In this document: piece after piece, positions 1 to 9,500 of the stretch | Layout: the number at the start of each line of letters is the position of its first letter | Numbering within the stretch: position 1 is the first letter of the stretch | Position numbers and translations under genes: made by a program | IMG/VR virus record: IMGVR_UViG_3300038317_000315 | Coordinates: 1 to 54,019 of that record | From: a virus | Taxonomy: Duplodnaviria; Caudoviricetes | DNA: 54,019 nt | Direction: 5' to 3' (one strand) | Notes under the pieces: generated by a model | The model's input: the letters and a program-made list of their open reading frames with translations, nothing else | What the model was told of the DNA's origin: nothing | Database searches by the model: none

Positions 1-600
1 TCAGAATTTATACTTTATCTTGAATTGATGCGAGTTATTATCATAGTTAAGGTTTTGGTTAAAACCATACTCAAATCCAATATCATGATAAAATATTCCA
101 CCTCCTAAAATAACAGATCCGTTGGTATCATACCCCCCACTTAAAAATGGTGTCCATGCAGGCTCTATTATCTGCTTTATTGTTTCAACTTTTGTAACTG
201 GCTGATAGTCTATTCCTATGTTTTTTTGTTTGTTGTATTGCACAACTGAGTTAACTGTCAGCTTTCCCTGTTCCTTGTTATTGAAAAAAGTATGTGAGTA
301 GGATCTTTCCATCATATAATCATTTACTACCCCTACTGTATCAATAATGAAAACGGTATCTCTTATTATTTCACCGGGAATAATAACTTTTTCACCGGGT
401 ACCAGTTTTTCGTTTATAATAGTATGAGTTTCTTTTACCGGAAAAGGATAAGGGACATCAATTTTAACAGGATCTGATTGTCTATATTCGATCGTGTGAT
501 ACTCTTTAACGATCTTGTTTCCCCTACCGATAAAGAAACCAACCACTAAACATATTATTGCAGTTGTTATATAGCCTTTATATTTGCTGATCGTTCCCAT
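1..600 (-). CDS. Lysis-module membrane protein (possible spanin-like component)
   Basis: N-terminal TM helix (ITTAIICLVVGFFIG), beta-rich C-terminus ending YKF, last gene of the lysis cassette. Confidence 0.45.
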   Translation of the reverse strand: MGTISKYKGYITTAIICLVVGFFIGRGNKIVKEYHTIEYRQSDPVKIDVPYPFPVKETHTIINEKLVPGEKVIIPGEIIRDTVFIIDTVGVVNDYMMERSYSHTFFNNKEQGKLTVNSVVQYNKQKNIGIDYQPVTKVETIKQIIEPAWTPFLSGGYDTNGSVILGGGIFYHDIGFEYGFNQNLNYDNNSHQFKIKYKF

Positions 601-611
601 GCTGTCAATTA

Positions 612-926
612 TTACTCTGAAACTGTTCTTTTAACCCATCCAAAGAAATATTTCTTATTTATTGGTCGTGCCTCCGAAATATTCACATAGTGTTTGATCC
701 GTTCAATTTGCAATTTTGCCTTATAACCAGTTTCGGTATCAACTGTAACAGTGTCGGTCTTGGTTATAAATATAGTGTCCGGGATCAATATAATGCTATT
801 CACACTGTCTCTTAAAGCAATTATTTCTTGCTTAAGCATCTCATTTTCTTTTCTACATTCATTGTCAATAGTCTTACATGTAGATAGAATCAGGATCGTT
901 AATATAATAATGAAAAAATGTTTCAT
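612..926 (-). CDS. Putative lipoprotein of the lysis module (spanin-like)
   Basis: Signal peptide with lipobox-like ILSTC, coiled-coil segment, directly after the endolysin. Confidence 0.45.
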   Translation of the reverse strand: MKHFFIIILTILILSTCKTIDNECRKENEMLKQEIIALRDSVNSIILIPDTIFITKTDTVTVDTETGYKAKLQIERIKHYVNISEARPINKKYFFGWVKRTVSE

Positions 927-1333
927 GCTAAACTGTTTTGATATGCGAGTAATTCCTCACTCATTTTGCCAGTCTCTCTATGACCTGCTGATCTTTGTGC
1001 AATCTTTAAGGCTCTATTTACCCCTAAATTCACACACTGATCATAAATTTCATTTGCTATTTGCTGACTTTTTATTTTATCACCCCAAAAAGGATTCCAG
1101 TAATGTTTTTTATAGAATCCGGGTATCATATTTTGTAGCTTTTGGTTGGTTTCAAGGTTACGAGGAAAATTTGGTAATGTTTTATGAAAATCAACTATTT
1201 CCCAACCCTCCCATTTTGGATTTGCTTTTCTTGCAATACCTTTATACGTTTCACCACCTAAATCGTCCGGATCATTCACATATCCACCCTCAAAGGGTTT
1301 CGTTCTGTTATATGCTATAAGGAAATCAGCCAT
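923..1333 (-). CDS. Endolysin, glycoside hydrolase family 108
   Basis: EGGYVNDPDDLGGETYKGI signature; short, with no obvious C-terminal PG-binding domain. Confidence 0.9.
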   Translation of the reverse strand: MADFLIAYNRTKPFEGGYVNDPDDLGGETYKGIARKANPKWEGWEIVDFHKTLPNFPRNLETNQKLQNMIPGFYKKHYWNPFWGDKIKSQQIANEIYDQCVNLGVNRALKIAQRSAGHRETGKMSEELLAYQNSLA

Positions 1334-1614
1334 TATTCAGTAATTTCAGGTGTAAGTATATTGATGGAATCTTTCAATTCCCAAATGATGGAATCTCTGT
1401 GATTGATTGAATCGTACTTTGAAGCCATTTCTTGTATAACCCTTTTTTTTAAATACTCTATGCTTTCAGCTTTACCCTGATCGACCAATATTAAATAATG
1501 GTTATAGAGAAGGGATCCGACTAACATTGTTAGTATAATGTAAAAGAGTGCATCAATCCACCTTTTCTTTTTCTTTGCTATCATGATCAAAATCATCAGG
1601 CTTTCTAAGTCCAA
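1333..1614 (-). CDS. Small membrane protein in the lysis cassette
   Basis: Single TM segment; abuts the endolysin start; start codon uncertain. Confidence 0.5.
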   Translation of the reverse strand: MDLESLMILIMIAKKKKRWIDALFYIILTMLVGSLLYNHYLILVDQGKAESIEYLKKRVIQEMASKYDSINHRDSIIWELKDSINILTPEITE

Positions 1615-2044
1615 ATCGAGCCAACATCATGTCTAAAATCTGAACTGTCAAAAGCGAATAAATAAATTTTAATGATCTGCTTTCCGGAAATATCTCAATT
1701 GAATTTCTTACAATATTGACCAAATACCAGTAGCAAAATATCCAACTTAAGAACTTAGAGGCTGTCTCTGCCAAATCTATTTCGTTATAAAGTGACAGAG
1801 ACATGTTTACGATAAAAACAAGCGCAAAAAATAATCCGAACAACATGCAACCACCAATAGCTTTCTTTAAAGAAAAATCTCTGCCATGTACGAATTGATC
1901 ATTTTTAAAACCTATGAAAAAATTTAAGGTGAAAAAAAACATCATAACAATGATTGGAACTCTAATAGGTGTGAATATACTTAGCAGTATCAGCCACGAT
2001 ATTTTAATAATTTCTTCAAGTTTATCCCAAAATGAATTTATCAT
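1553..2044 (-). CDS. Putative holin
   Basis: 3-4 hydrophobic helices, charged C-terminal tail, first gene of the lysis cassette; ATG 2044 preferred over the track start 2074 because a -7 box sits at 2077-2084. Confidence 0.7.
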   Translation of the reverse strand: MINSFWDKLEEIIKISWLILLSIFTPIRVPIIVMMFFFTLNFFIGFKNDQFVHGRDFSLKKAIGGCMLFGLFFALVFIVNMSLSLYNEIDLAETASKFLSWIFCYWYLVNIVRNSIEIFPESRSLKFIYSLLTVQILDMMLARFGLRKPDDFDHDSKEKEKVD

Positions 2045-2076
2045 GATGTTTTCTTTTTTGTAAATTTCGAACAATA

Positions 2077-2107
2077 CAAAGATAACAAAGTGTGTTCTAT
2101 AAACACG
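2077..2107 (-). promoter_or_regulatory. Bacteroidota -7 box (TATCTTTG) plus late-operon palindrome copy 1 (TGTGTTctatAAACACG)
   Basis: CAAAGATA at 2077-2084 and motif at 2091-2107, upstream of the holin. Confidence 0.7.
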
Positions 2108-2134
2108 TTCTTATTTAAAAAAAATAACAAATAA

Positions 2135-2524
2135 TTATCTGTTTCTGCGATGTTTACTCTTTTTGTAACGATCAAAGTTTTCTACATCAACATCTGTTAC
2201 TTTTGATTTAGGGCTTCTAAAAACGAACCCGGTATTTAATCCATATTGTACAACTTTTACAATGGCTCTGAATGGGAACTTTGCTTTGTCATTTGTCACT
2301 ACATCACTTAATTTTTTGCTACTTGTAAAGAAAGCTGAACGGCTTGACCCCTCACCATACGAGATGAGGGTTCTTATACCGTTTTCAGTCTCTAACTTTT
2401 TTGCACCTGTGAAAATCTCTACTTTGTTGATTACTTCATCAATGCTTGAATAGTCGCAATCGAAACGTTCATCATATTCATCACCTTGATTGAGGCTTTC
2501 ATCAAAATCAATTACATTATTCAT
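2135..2524 (-). CDS. Hypothetical protein downstream of the DGR RT (beta-rich)
   Basis: ORF overlapping the preceding gene; probable start MNNVID at 2524. Confidence 0.65.
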   Translation of the reverse strand: MNNVIDFDESLNQGDEYDERFDCDYSSIDEVINKVEIFTGAKKLETENGIRTLISYGEGSSRSAFFTSSKKLSDVVTNDKAKFPFRAIVKVVQYGLNTGFVFRSPKSKVTDVDVENFDRYKKSKHRRNR

Positions 2525-2948
2525 TGTCCAGTGGTACATTATTGATTGCACAATCCCCCATCACCATATTACGGAGATTAATTCTATGAAGTAAAAATGC
2601 TTCATACGGTTCTTTGTGCTCCTCTGAAAGAAATCCCAACTCAGCACTGTTGAACTCATTCAAAAGTTTTGATTCTTTTTCAAGAGGATAATATGATGCA
2701 AGTAATTCAGCAAAGATATTATCGGCGTTTTTCGCAAAATCACATCTGAGTGAATCATAACGATACATTTTATCAGCATTTTTATCATCAGCAATGACTG
2801 TTATACTCCCCTGTTCATCTTTTAAAACAGATACTTGATAAACGTTGTGATTGTAAAGAAATGATCCACGACCATTATTCAGATCATGAAAAGTATTAGG
2901 ACGTTTCTCTGAGAGTAACCCCAATGATAAGTTGTTTTCTTTTTTCAT
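2517..2948 (-). CDS. Hypothetical protein overlapping the RT 3' end (candidate DGR accessory)
   Basis: 143 aa ORF with helical C-terminal half; not recognisably Avd. Confidence 0.65.
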   Translation of the reverse strand: MKKENNLSLGLLSEKRPNTFHDLNNGRGSFLYNHNVYQVSVLKDEQGSITVIADDKNADKMYRYDSLRCDFAKNADNIFAELLASYYPLEKESKLLNEFNSAELGFLSEEHKEPYEAFLLHRINLRNMVMGDCAINNVPLDNE

Positions 2949-4047
2949 TATTAATGCAATTTTTTAATATGTAATTTTTATGAGGTTCAGAACATTTAAT
3001 AATCCATCCATACTCAGATGGAAAATGAACTTTAAAAGTGTCTAAATCTCTGATATTGTTTTCTTTCTTAACTCTAACATACTTTTTGTAAAATCTTTTT
3101 AGGATGCTTTTCCTCAAAAGAATGTTGTAATGGTTCATTTTAAACCCTACAAAGTCAATACTCCTTTCATCTACATCAAAGATCTGCCAGTCCTTTTTAA
3201 TGGTTAATTTTAATTCGGCACCTAAATACAACCCGATCATGTCAAGATAATAATGTAGTTGATCTTTATCATGATGCAATATCACCATATCATCCATGTA
3301 ACGGAAATAGTATCTTACGCCCAACTCTTCTTTCACCCAGTGATCAAAATATGCTAAATACAAATTAGCAAGGTATTGACTTGTATAATTACCAATTGGC
3401 AATCCTTTTTCAAGTCCGTTACTATCAATTATCTTATCTAATAATCTTAAGAACTGTTCATCAGCTATCCGGTAACGTATTATTCTTTTCAAACATGCAT
3501 GATCTATGTTATCATAGAACTTTTTCACGTCCATTTTCAAACAATACTTTGTACCCCGAAAATCATTGTTTAATGCTTTGGTGACATCATCAACACATTT
3601 ATGAATTCCACGTCCTTTGATGCAAGCATACGTAGTATTAATAAATACTTTAGTCCACGTCTTTTTCATTACGTTTATTATGCAATGGTGAACAATCCTA
3701 TCCGGATAAAAAGGTGCAATCATTATCTCCCTTTCTTTCGGTTCAGTAACAATTTTAATACGGTAGCCTCCCGGTTGATAGCTTTCATCTTCCAGTGAGT
3801 TATAGAGTTTTTGCATGTTCTCTATTATATTCTCATTAAATTTCTTTAATTCATTTGTTTGTTTTTTACCCTTTTGGGCTGAATGTTGAGATTTAATCAG
3901 ATTCTCAGTTGAAATTAAATGTATATACAGATTTTTCAACCTTTTACTGTTCTCAGGCTTAAACTCACAATCCTCGAAATCTTCATATTCGTAAAATCGT
4001 GTGTCCTTGCTGTAACAGTAACCGTATTTTGTTTTTATAATTCCCAT
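2896..4047 (-). CDS. DGR-type reverse transcriptase
   Basis: PFYPDRIVHH, LKMDVKKFYDNI, GLPIGNYTSQYLAN (SQ motif), catalytic YFRYMDD, DFVGF; no maturase or endonuclease domain; adjacent TR/VR pair. Confidence 0.97.
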   Translation of the reverse strand: MGIIKTKYGYCYSKDTRFYEYEDFEDCEFKPENSKRLKNLYIHLISTENLIKSQHSAQKGKKQTNELKKFNENIIENMQKLYNSLEDESYQPGGYRIKIVTEPKEREIMIAPFYPDRIVHHCIINVMKKTWTKVFINTTYACIKGRGIHKCVDDVTKALNNDFRGTKYCLKMDVKKFYDNIDHACLKRIIRYRIADEQFLRLLDKIIDSNGLEKGLPIGNYTSQYLANLYLAYFDHWVKEELGVRYYFRYMDDMVILHHDKDQLHYYLDMIGLYLGAELKLTIKKDWQIFDVDERSIDFVGFKMNHYNILLRKSILKRFYKKYVRVKKENNIRDLDTFKVHFPSEYGWIIKCSEPHKNYILKNCINNEKRKQLIIGVTLRETS

Positions 4048-4174
4048 TGTGCCGTTAGATCTTTCAGAGCGTTCAATTACTTACTAACACTGATTTTACT
4101 ACACTATATTTTTTTGCCATGAGGCAAGGTCTTGATGGCTTAAACACATATTTCTTTTATTAATTTAATCTTGT
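4048..4174 (-). ncRNA. DGR spacer (Sp) region of the template RNA, with small hairpin TTGCC-TCAT-GGCAA (4114-4127)
   Basis: Non-coding segment between TR and RT start; hairpin seen in sequence; role inferred from DGR architecture. Confidence 0.55.
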
Positions 4175-4297
4175 AACGGTATAGGCGGAACCCATTGTTC
4201 GCATTCGAATTCGACGACCGATTATTCGTATTCAGATTACCGAACCCCGCATTCGCTCCATTATTCGCATTCGCAGAAAACAAGGCACCGAACCACC
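4175..4297 (-). repeat. DGR template repeat (TR)
   Basis: Non-coding 123 bp; reads WFGALFSANANNGANAGFGNLNTNNRSSNSNANNGFRLYR on the minus strand (12 AAY codons, 28 adenines); differs from both VRs only at adenines. Confidence 0.97.
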
Positions 4298-4359
4298 AAC
4301 CACCAAAAACCCAATATCTTTATTTTAAAAATCCCCCGTTGACCGATGACCGCTTTTCG

Positions 4360-5715
4360 CTAAAAACGGCACAGGCGGAACCCACTGTACGCAGGCGAAT
4401 ACGACGACCGATCAGTCGTATTCAGAGTACCGAACCCCGCAAGCGCTCCATGAGACGCAAGCGCAGAAAACAAGGCACCGAACCACCCTGTAACAGCATT
4501 TCCGGGCTGATAGTAATAGTCACATGCACCACTATTAGCACTACCACCAACTGATTGAGGGAATGAATAGCCTTTGTCAGAATGGCTTAATTGCAATATG
4601 TAACCATCTGATTTTGGTATATTGGCAATAGGCAAATAACCGTCAGGAACTGTAGTTGCTGAATCAGAGTGTGAAGTAAACTTAGTTGGATCTTCACAAA
4701 CGTATGCTACAGATAGATTTTTGTCTGTAACAGATGAGTGATGAATTAAAACATCATCAGCTAACATCCACAAATACTCATAAGGATTTTCAAAACCTCT
4801 GTAAGATGCAATTTGAACGACCTTATCAACACCATTAAAGTTTTTGATAGTGTAATTAACCCTACCTGTATTATTTCCCAGTGTTGCAGTAACTCCATTT
4901 GGCGCAAACGGATTATAAGCTCCCCATGCACTCCAATCAGCACCTAAAACAGCTGATCCACTCCCTAAACCCCCCTGTCTGAATCCATCAGCAGTTAAGG
5001 TTTCAATATACGTGTCCTGAGAATGTAAAGATGCATATTCACATCTTTGTAACCATGCAATCTCATTGTAAGCCCTGTATGCTCCATGATGAGTGCCGTT
5101 TTTGCAATATGATCTTACAGTGTTTTTTGCTACAGAAGTACGTGCAACTCCTAATTGAGAATTATATGTACCATCTTTAGTGGCATCATTACTCCCACCT
5201 CTGAATTGTGGTGCATTTGCTGTTAATTCAACAATTCCGTTTTCATCTCTTAAAACATCATTCCCATTCCACAAAAGGAATGATCCTGAAACAGCTGTAT
5301 TTGTTTCGTTGTCAAACGTTCCATACCATGGAGAAATAGCTTTACGCTCCATCTTTTTAAATCCGGGTAAAGGGTATTCCGAAAATGCACGGATCCACTT
5401 AGTACCCTGAATTTCCATCCTGAAATAATACTCAGGCTTTTCTAACATAACGTTACCATCAGTTGAATCAATAATAGCATTTGATCCACTTTCTCTTAAA
5501 CGGCTATCGTTTTGGTGCAAATAATATTTGACCGAGCCATCGAGATTCTCAACATAACGTCTTAACTTTTTCTGAATTGGTAGAGATCTGTGAAGATCTA
5601 AATTGCCTACTCTTGTCAACTTATAATCACTTGAAAGAAAGTCACCTTGAACTCCATACCAATGATCATAAGGAAATGTAGGCTTTGTGCTACCTGAACC
5701 AAATAATAATCCCAT
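4360..5715 (-). CDS. DGR target 1: putative receptor-binding protein with C-terminal CLec-like variable domain
   Basis: SYRGFENPYEYLW and terminal GFRLCRF motifs typical of CLec-fold DGR targets; located after the tail genes. Confidence 0.88.
   Translation of the reverse strand: MGLLFGSGSTKPTFPYDHWYGVQGDFLSSDYKLTRVGNLDLHRSLPIQKKLRRYVENLDGSVKYYLHQNDSRLRESGSNAIIDSTDGNVMLEKPEYYFRMEIQGTKWIRAFSEYPLPGFKKMERKAISPWYGTFDNETNTAVSGSFLLWNGNDVLRDENGIVELTANAPQFRGGSNDATKDGTYNSQLGVARTSVAKNTVRSYCKNGTHHGAYRAYNEIAWLQRCEYASLHSQDTYIETLTADGFRQGGLGSGSAVLGADWSAWGAYNPFAPNGVTATLGNNTGRVNYTIKNFNGVDKVVQIASYRGFENPYEYLWMLADDVLIHHSSVTDKNLSVAYVCEDPTKFTSHSDSATTVPDGYLPIANIPKSDGYILQLSHSDKGYSFPQSVGGSANSGACDYYYQPGNAVTGWFGALFSALASHGALAGFGTLNTTDRSSYSPAYSGFRLCRF
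4365..4487 (-). repeat. DGR variable repeat VR1
   Basis: Ungapped alignment to TR (offset 190); 17 mismatches, all at TR adenines; encodes the C-terminus of 4360..5715. Confidence 0.97.
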
Positions 5716-5751
5716 TTATTTGTAATTTTTTAGTTTAAAAATCATTATTCA

Positions 5752-5785
5752 CAAATATAGCAAATATATGTGTTTATCAAACACG
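5752..5785 (-). promoter_or_regulatory. Tandem -7 boxes (TATATTTG) plus late-operon palindrome copy 2 (TGTGTTtatcAAACACG)
   Basis: CAAATATA at 5752 and 5761; motif at 5769-5785, upstream of the DGR target/TR/RT unit. Confidence 0.7.
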
Positions 5786-5830
5786 CTATTTGCGAAAAAA
5801 AATAGACCGACCTCCTCCACCTATAATAAT

Positions 5831-6070
5831 TTAAAGCAGAAAATTAGTGATTAGTAAGCAAATGACTAATCCAATTATTCCACCAACTATTGTTGCAAGT
5901 GCATCTAAAGGATCCGGAGTACTTTTTTTGTAGTACTTATCATACACCTCTTTACCCACACCGGCTAAAATAGCCGTTACAATTCCCAACGTTGGATTGA
6001 TCAAAAGCGCAATTAAAAGCGCAATCGCAAATCCGGCAATCAAATGATACAATTTGTCTTTCCCTTTCAT
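5831..6070 (-). CDS. Small phage membrane protein
   Basis: DKLYHLIAG...GKEVYDK...DALATIVGG; hydrophobic. Confidence 0.75.
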   Translation of the reverse strand: MKGKDKLYHLIAGFAIALLIALLINPTLGIVTAILAGVGKEVYDKYYKKSTPDPLDALATIVGGIIGLVICLLITNFLL

Positions 6071-6092
6071 AGAAAATAGTTTTTAAAAATTA

Positions 6093-6572
6093 TTACTCAA
6101 TATTGAGGCTTATAAATTCCTCTATTTCATTAATACGATCCCTCATAGCTTGATTTTCTAAGTGAACCGATTGTATATCATACGGCAATTGCATATCTAA
6201 CAGTTTTGCCTCCATGCATTTAGTGACCTTGTAGTCATTTCCAGAGAGTTTTTCCTTAAGATCATTTATTTCCTTTTTGAATTTTTGGACATCGAATAAT
6301 TTTATATACTCATAAGCGATATGATCTCCGGCATCATATGGTTGCAAGCGATAAATGTAATTTTCTTCACACTCACTTAATTTCTTTTCATCTATAGGAT
6401 CTACAGGCTTATAGCCATTTTTGGCATACTCCGTTATTTGATCCTCAACTGTAACGGTTCTATGTTTAATTTCATCATTATCATCTCTATATGATTCAAC
6501 ATAATCCCTGAGTATCTTTGAAACTAAATAAAGTCCATCCTCTATATATCCATATTCGACCATAATATCCAT
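6093..6572 (-). CDS. Tail-associated hypothetical protein (fibre chaperone-like)
   Basis: Follows the large tail protein; LSGNDYKVTKCME...RDRINEIE C-terminal helix pattern. Confidence 0.6.
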   Translation of the reverse strand: MDIMVEYGYIEDGLYLVSKILRDYVESYRDDNDEIKHRTVTVEDQITEYAKNGYKPVDPIDEKKLSECEENYIYRLQPYDAGDHIAYEYIKLFDVQKFKKEINDLKEKLSGNDYKVTKCMEAKLLDMQLPYDIQSVHLENQAMRDRINEIEEFISLNIE

Positions 6573-6575
6573 ATT

Positions 6576-9500
6576 TTAAAATCTTTGTTTTGAAACTGTC
6601 CAAATCTGTTTGTTTACTCCACCAATACTGTATCTTGCGAAAACAAAAGTTAGCATATAACCCTCATCGCAATCATAAGATGTGTTTATTGATGAATCAT
6701 CATAAATATCCTGACCGGTACGTGTCCAAAATTTCATTGCACCCTGTCCCATCTGTTTAGCAATTACAATTTGCCCCTCATAAGCATTATTCGGTAAATA
6801 AACAGGCTTTGTAACACCTGTATTTGTTATTCCACAAACAAATGCGGCTGTATCTTCTAAATAAACATAAGATCCTGAGGCATCATGAATGTAAACAGTA
6901 TTGAGAAATAAACCATTTGCTCTTAATCGATCAAAATAACCTCCATAGTGTGGTGCATTGCCGGCATTTGAAGATCGACCATAAACACCGGCAACGAGTG
7001 TATCAGGATCTCCCCACGACCACGAATTGTTTACAGTACCCCCAAATCCAAGCCCCACGATAGCCCCATAGTGAGTGAACCCACTTGATGCGGGTAAAGC
7101 ATTTGTCCGAGGTCTGTTTGAAAAAATTCCGGATGCTGAAATATATGAAACCCCATAAGAATTTCGAGCCTCAACTACCCCTTGTGAAGCATTGAACTTG
7201 AGTGTTGAATTCCCTGTATCGAGAGAGTAATCTCCACCTGAGGATAAACTTTCAATCAGTATTTGAGCCATTGAAGCATCCAATGTTATTTTATTCCCGG
7301 ATGTACTCAAAGTAGAAACGATCTTTCCACCTTGCATAAACCAATCACCTATATTTGCGCCCTCAGCTAACAATAGATTGGTTGCTATTGATTCAAATTC
7401 TGCTCCGAAAGTGTTCCAATACTCTGTGTTGGTTGGAAGTTTACCTGAAAATGGACCAACATCTATTCTTGCAATATAATATTGTCCGTTATATTTTACG
7501 GCATCAACTCTGTTTGCAGTTCCATAGTAATTAATACTACTCCCATAAACACCTCTATAAACTAATACCGGACTTTCACCCTTTGTTCCGGGTGCTCCAT
7601 CTAACGGCTTAATTCGTATAGGCTCACTCCAATTAGATAATAACGCTCCGGCTCCTGACTTTTTAGCCATTGTCCACCACACGTACTCTAAGGTTGTAGT
7701 AGATGGAACTGTAGTTGTCCAACCGTTAGGCTCTGCAACATTATTAGTCAATGATGGAGGTGTTGATGATGATGTGCTTTTTGCATAGCGATATTCAAAA
7801 TAGTCACCTGTTTCTCCTTTGGCTTTAACTCCCGTATCACCATATTGATTTTGATGTGGAATCCACTCCCACCACGTGCCAGTAGAGATGTTATAAAATG
7901 GAGACATCCCATCATCGCCATCACTCCCTTTGCTACCCTGTGAAATGACAACCCAATACTCCCCATTAGTGGGAGGCACACCAGTTGTGGGGGCTGTTCG
8001 TTTACGTCTATAGGTACTTATAATCCCATCTATAACAAACGAAGCTTCATCAGCCGGATAATACGTGTAATGATCAACATACATTCCCCTATAAACCCCA
8101 ATATCCGATAAATCACCTGACTGAGATAATATCTTTACATTCCTTAAAGTGATTTGATTTTCCTCAGTTACATTCCAATCAATAGAACTACTTGCATCCC
8201 CTATTCTGAACATATTACCGTCCAGATCCAAATAGTTTTGTTTGTCTGCTGTAATTATTCTACCTGTTGTAATTGTATTCCCATTTATCCGGGTAAAACC
8301 GTATGTGGTTGTGAAATCTCTAAACGTAAAACCCTCATGAAGTGAACCAATTATACCCACCTGAAAATAGTAATTATTTGGATCTGAAATATCCTCAGCT
8401 TTTAATTGTTGCTGTGTAATGTGCCAAACACCTGTATCACCCTCTTTTGAACATTTAGCATAAACGTAGTACCCGCCCAATTCTGACAGAATAGCTGTAG
8501 TTTGCGACATAGTCCACGTCCTTACATCATCAGGATCTATAGTGAGGTGTGCCAATTGCCCGGCACTTGCACTAAACTTATTAGCAAGTCCATCTGCATT
8601 AGCTTGTAAGATAACACCCACTAACACAAATTGCTGTGATTTGGAGCCAACTGTAAGCATATTTGTGTCAACTGATAAAGGTCTGATATTGCCCATATCA
8701 AAGAAGTTATCAGTATCAAACACCATATTCCTTAACTCTTCTGTGGTTCTCCATGCAAGCCTTGCACGTGTCCAATCTCTCAATCTATTACGTACAATAA
8801 CATTTTCATGCTCTAAAACGTCCTGTACTGTTTCTGCAATAATGGAAATAGTATGTGTATCTGATAATGTTAAGACATAGTCGTGATCTTTAAGTAAATT
8901 ACGCTTTACATTTGTAATTCGGATATTCTTTTCTAAATCAAAGCGTTCATCTTTTATCGGTATATAGTCACCGGGCTTAAAAAGAGACATTTCAACATCA
9001 TCAGACAAATGCTCAATGAAATACATAGGATCAAACGTTAATTCATATTGAACACGTGCCTGTTTTCTCATTAAGAAATCATTATATCCGGCATACCATA
9101 AATCCTCCTCAGCCTCATCAATATAAGACTGTGGCATAACAATATCAGTGAGCTTGTATTTGTCTCCAACTCCTATAGGAAATGCATCAGATGGAAATTT
9201 CAACCCCCTACTGTCTGTAAACTCAATTATTGTAAATGTTTTAGTTGAATGATCATATTTCTCAATCTCAAATTGCTGACCAGCTAAACGACCAGAAATG
9301 AAAGTTATTTTTGCTGAAACTCCATCAATAAGGTATAAAGTGTTCTCATCTTCATCTTTTGCTGTGAGATCAAACATTTGAGAATCAATAAAACTTAAAG
9401 GATTAGGTGGTATAGTTGCACCGTCCTCATCCTCTGTAGCTATCGGTTTTGCAGTAACCTCACCTGTCCTCTGTGGATATATATGATCATAATGCTCTGT

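Noticed and set aside
751-1320. 189-aa + strand ORF and other antisense ORFs (e.g. 15310-15711, 17528-17857, 32649-32984)
   Set aside because: Antisense to well-supported phage genes
2896-4047. RT as group II intron, retron or Abi RT
   Set aside because: No maturase/HNH domain or retron motifs; the SQ motif and A-specific TR/VR pairs identify a DGR
4175-4487. CRISPR array or simple duplication
   Set aside because: Only long repeats with adenine-restricted differences; no repeat-spacer periodicity or cas genes
4195-4554. 119-aa + strand ORF over TR/VR1 (and similar ORFs 45337-45687, 45418-45648 over VR2)
   Set aside because: Shadow frames of the GC-richer repeats; no coding features
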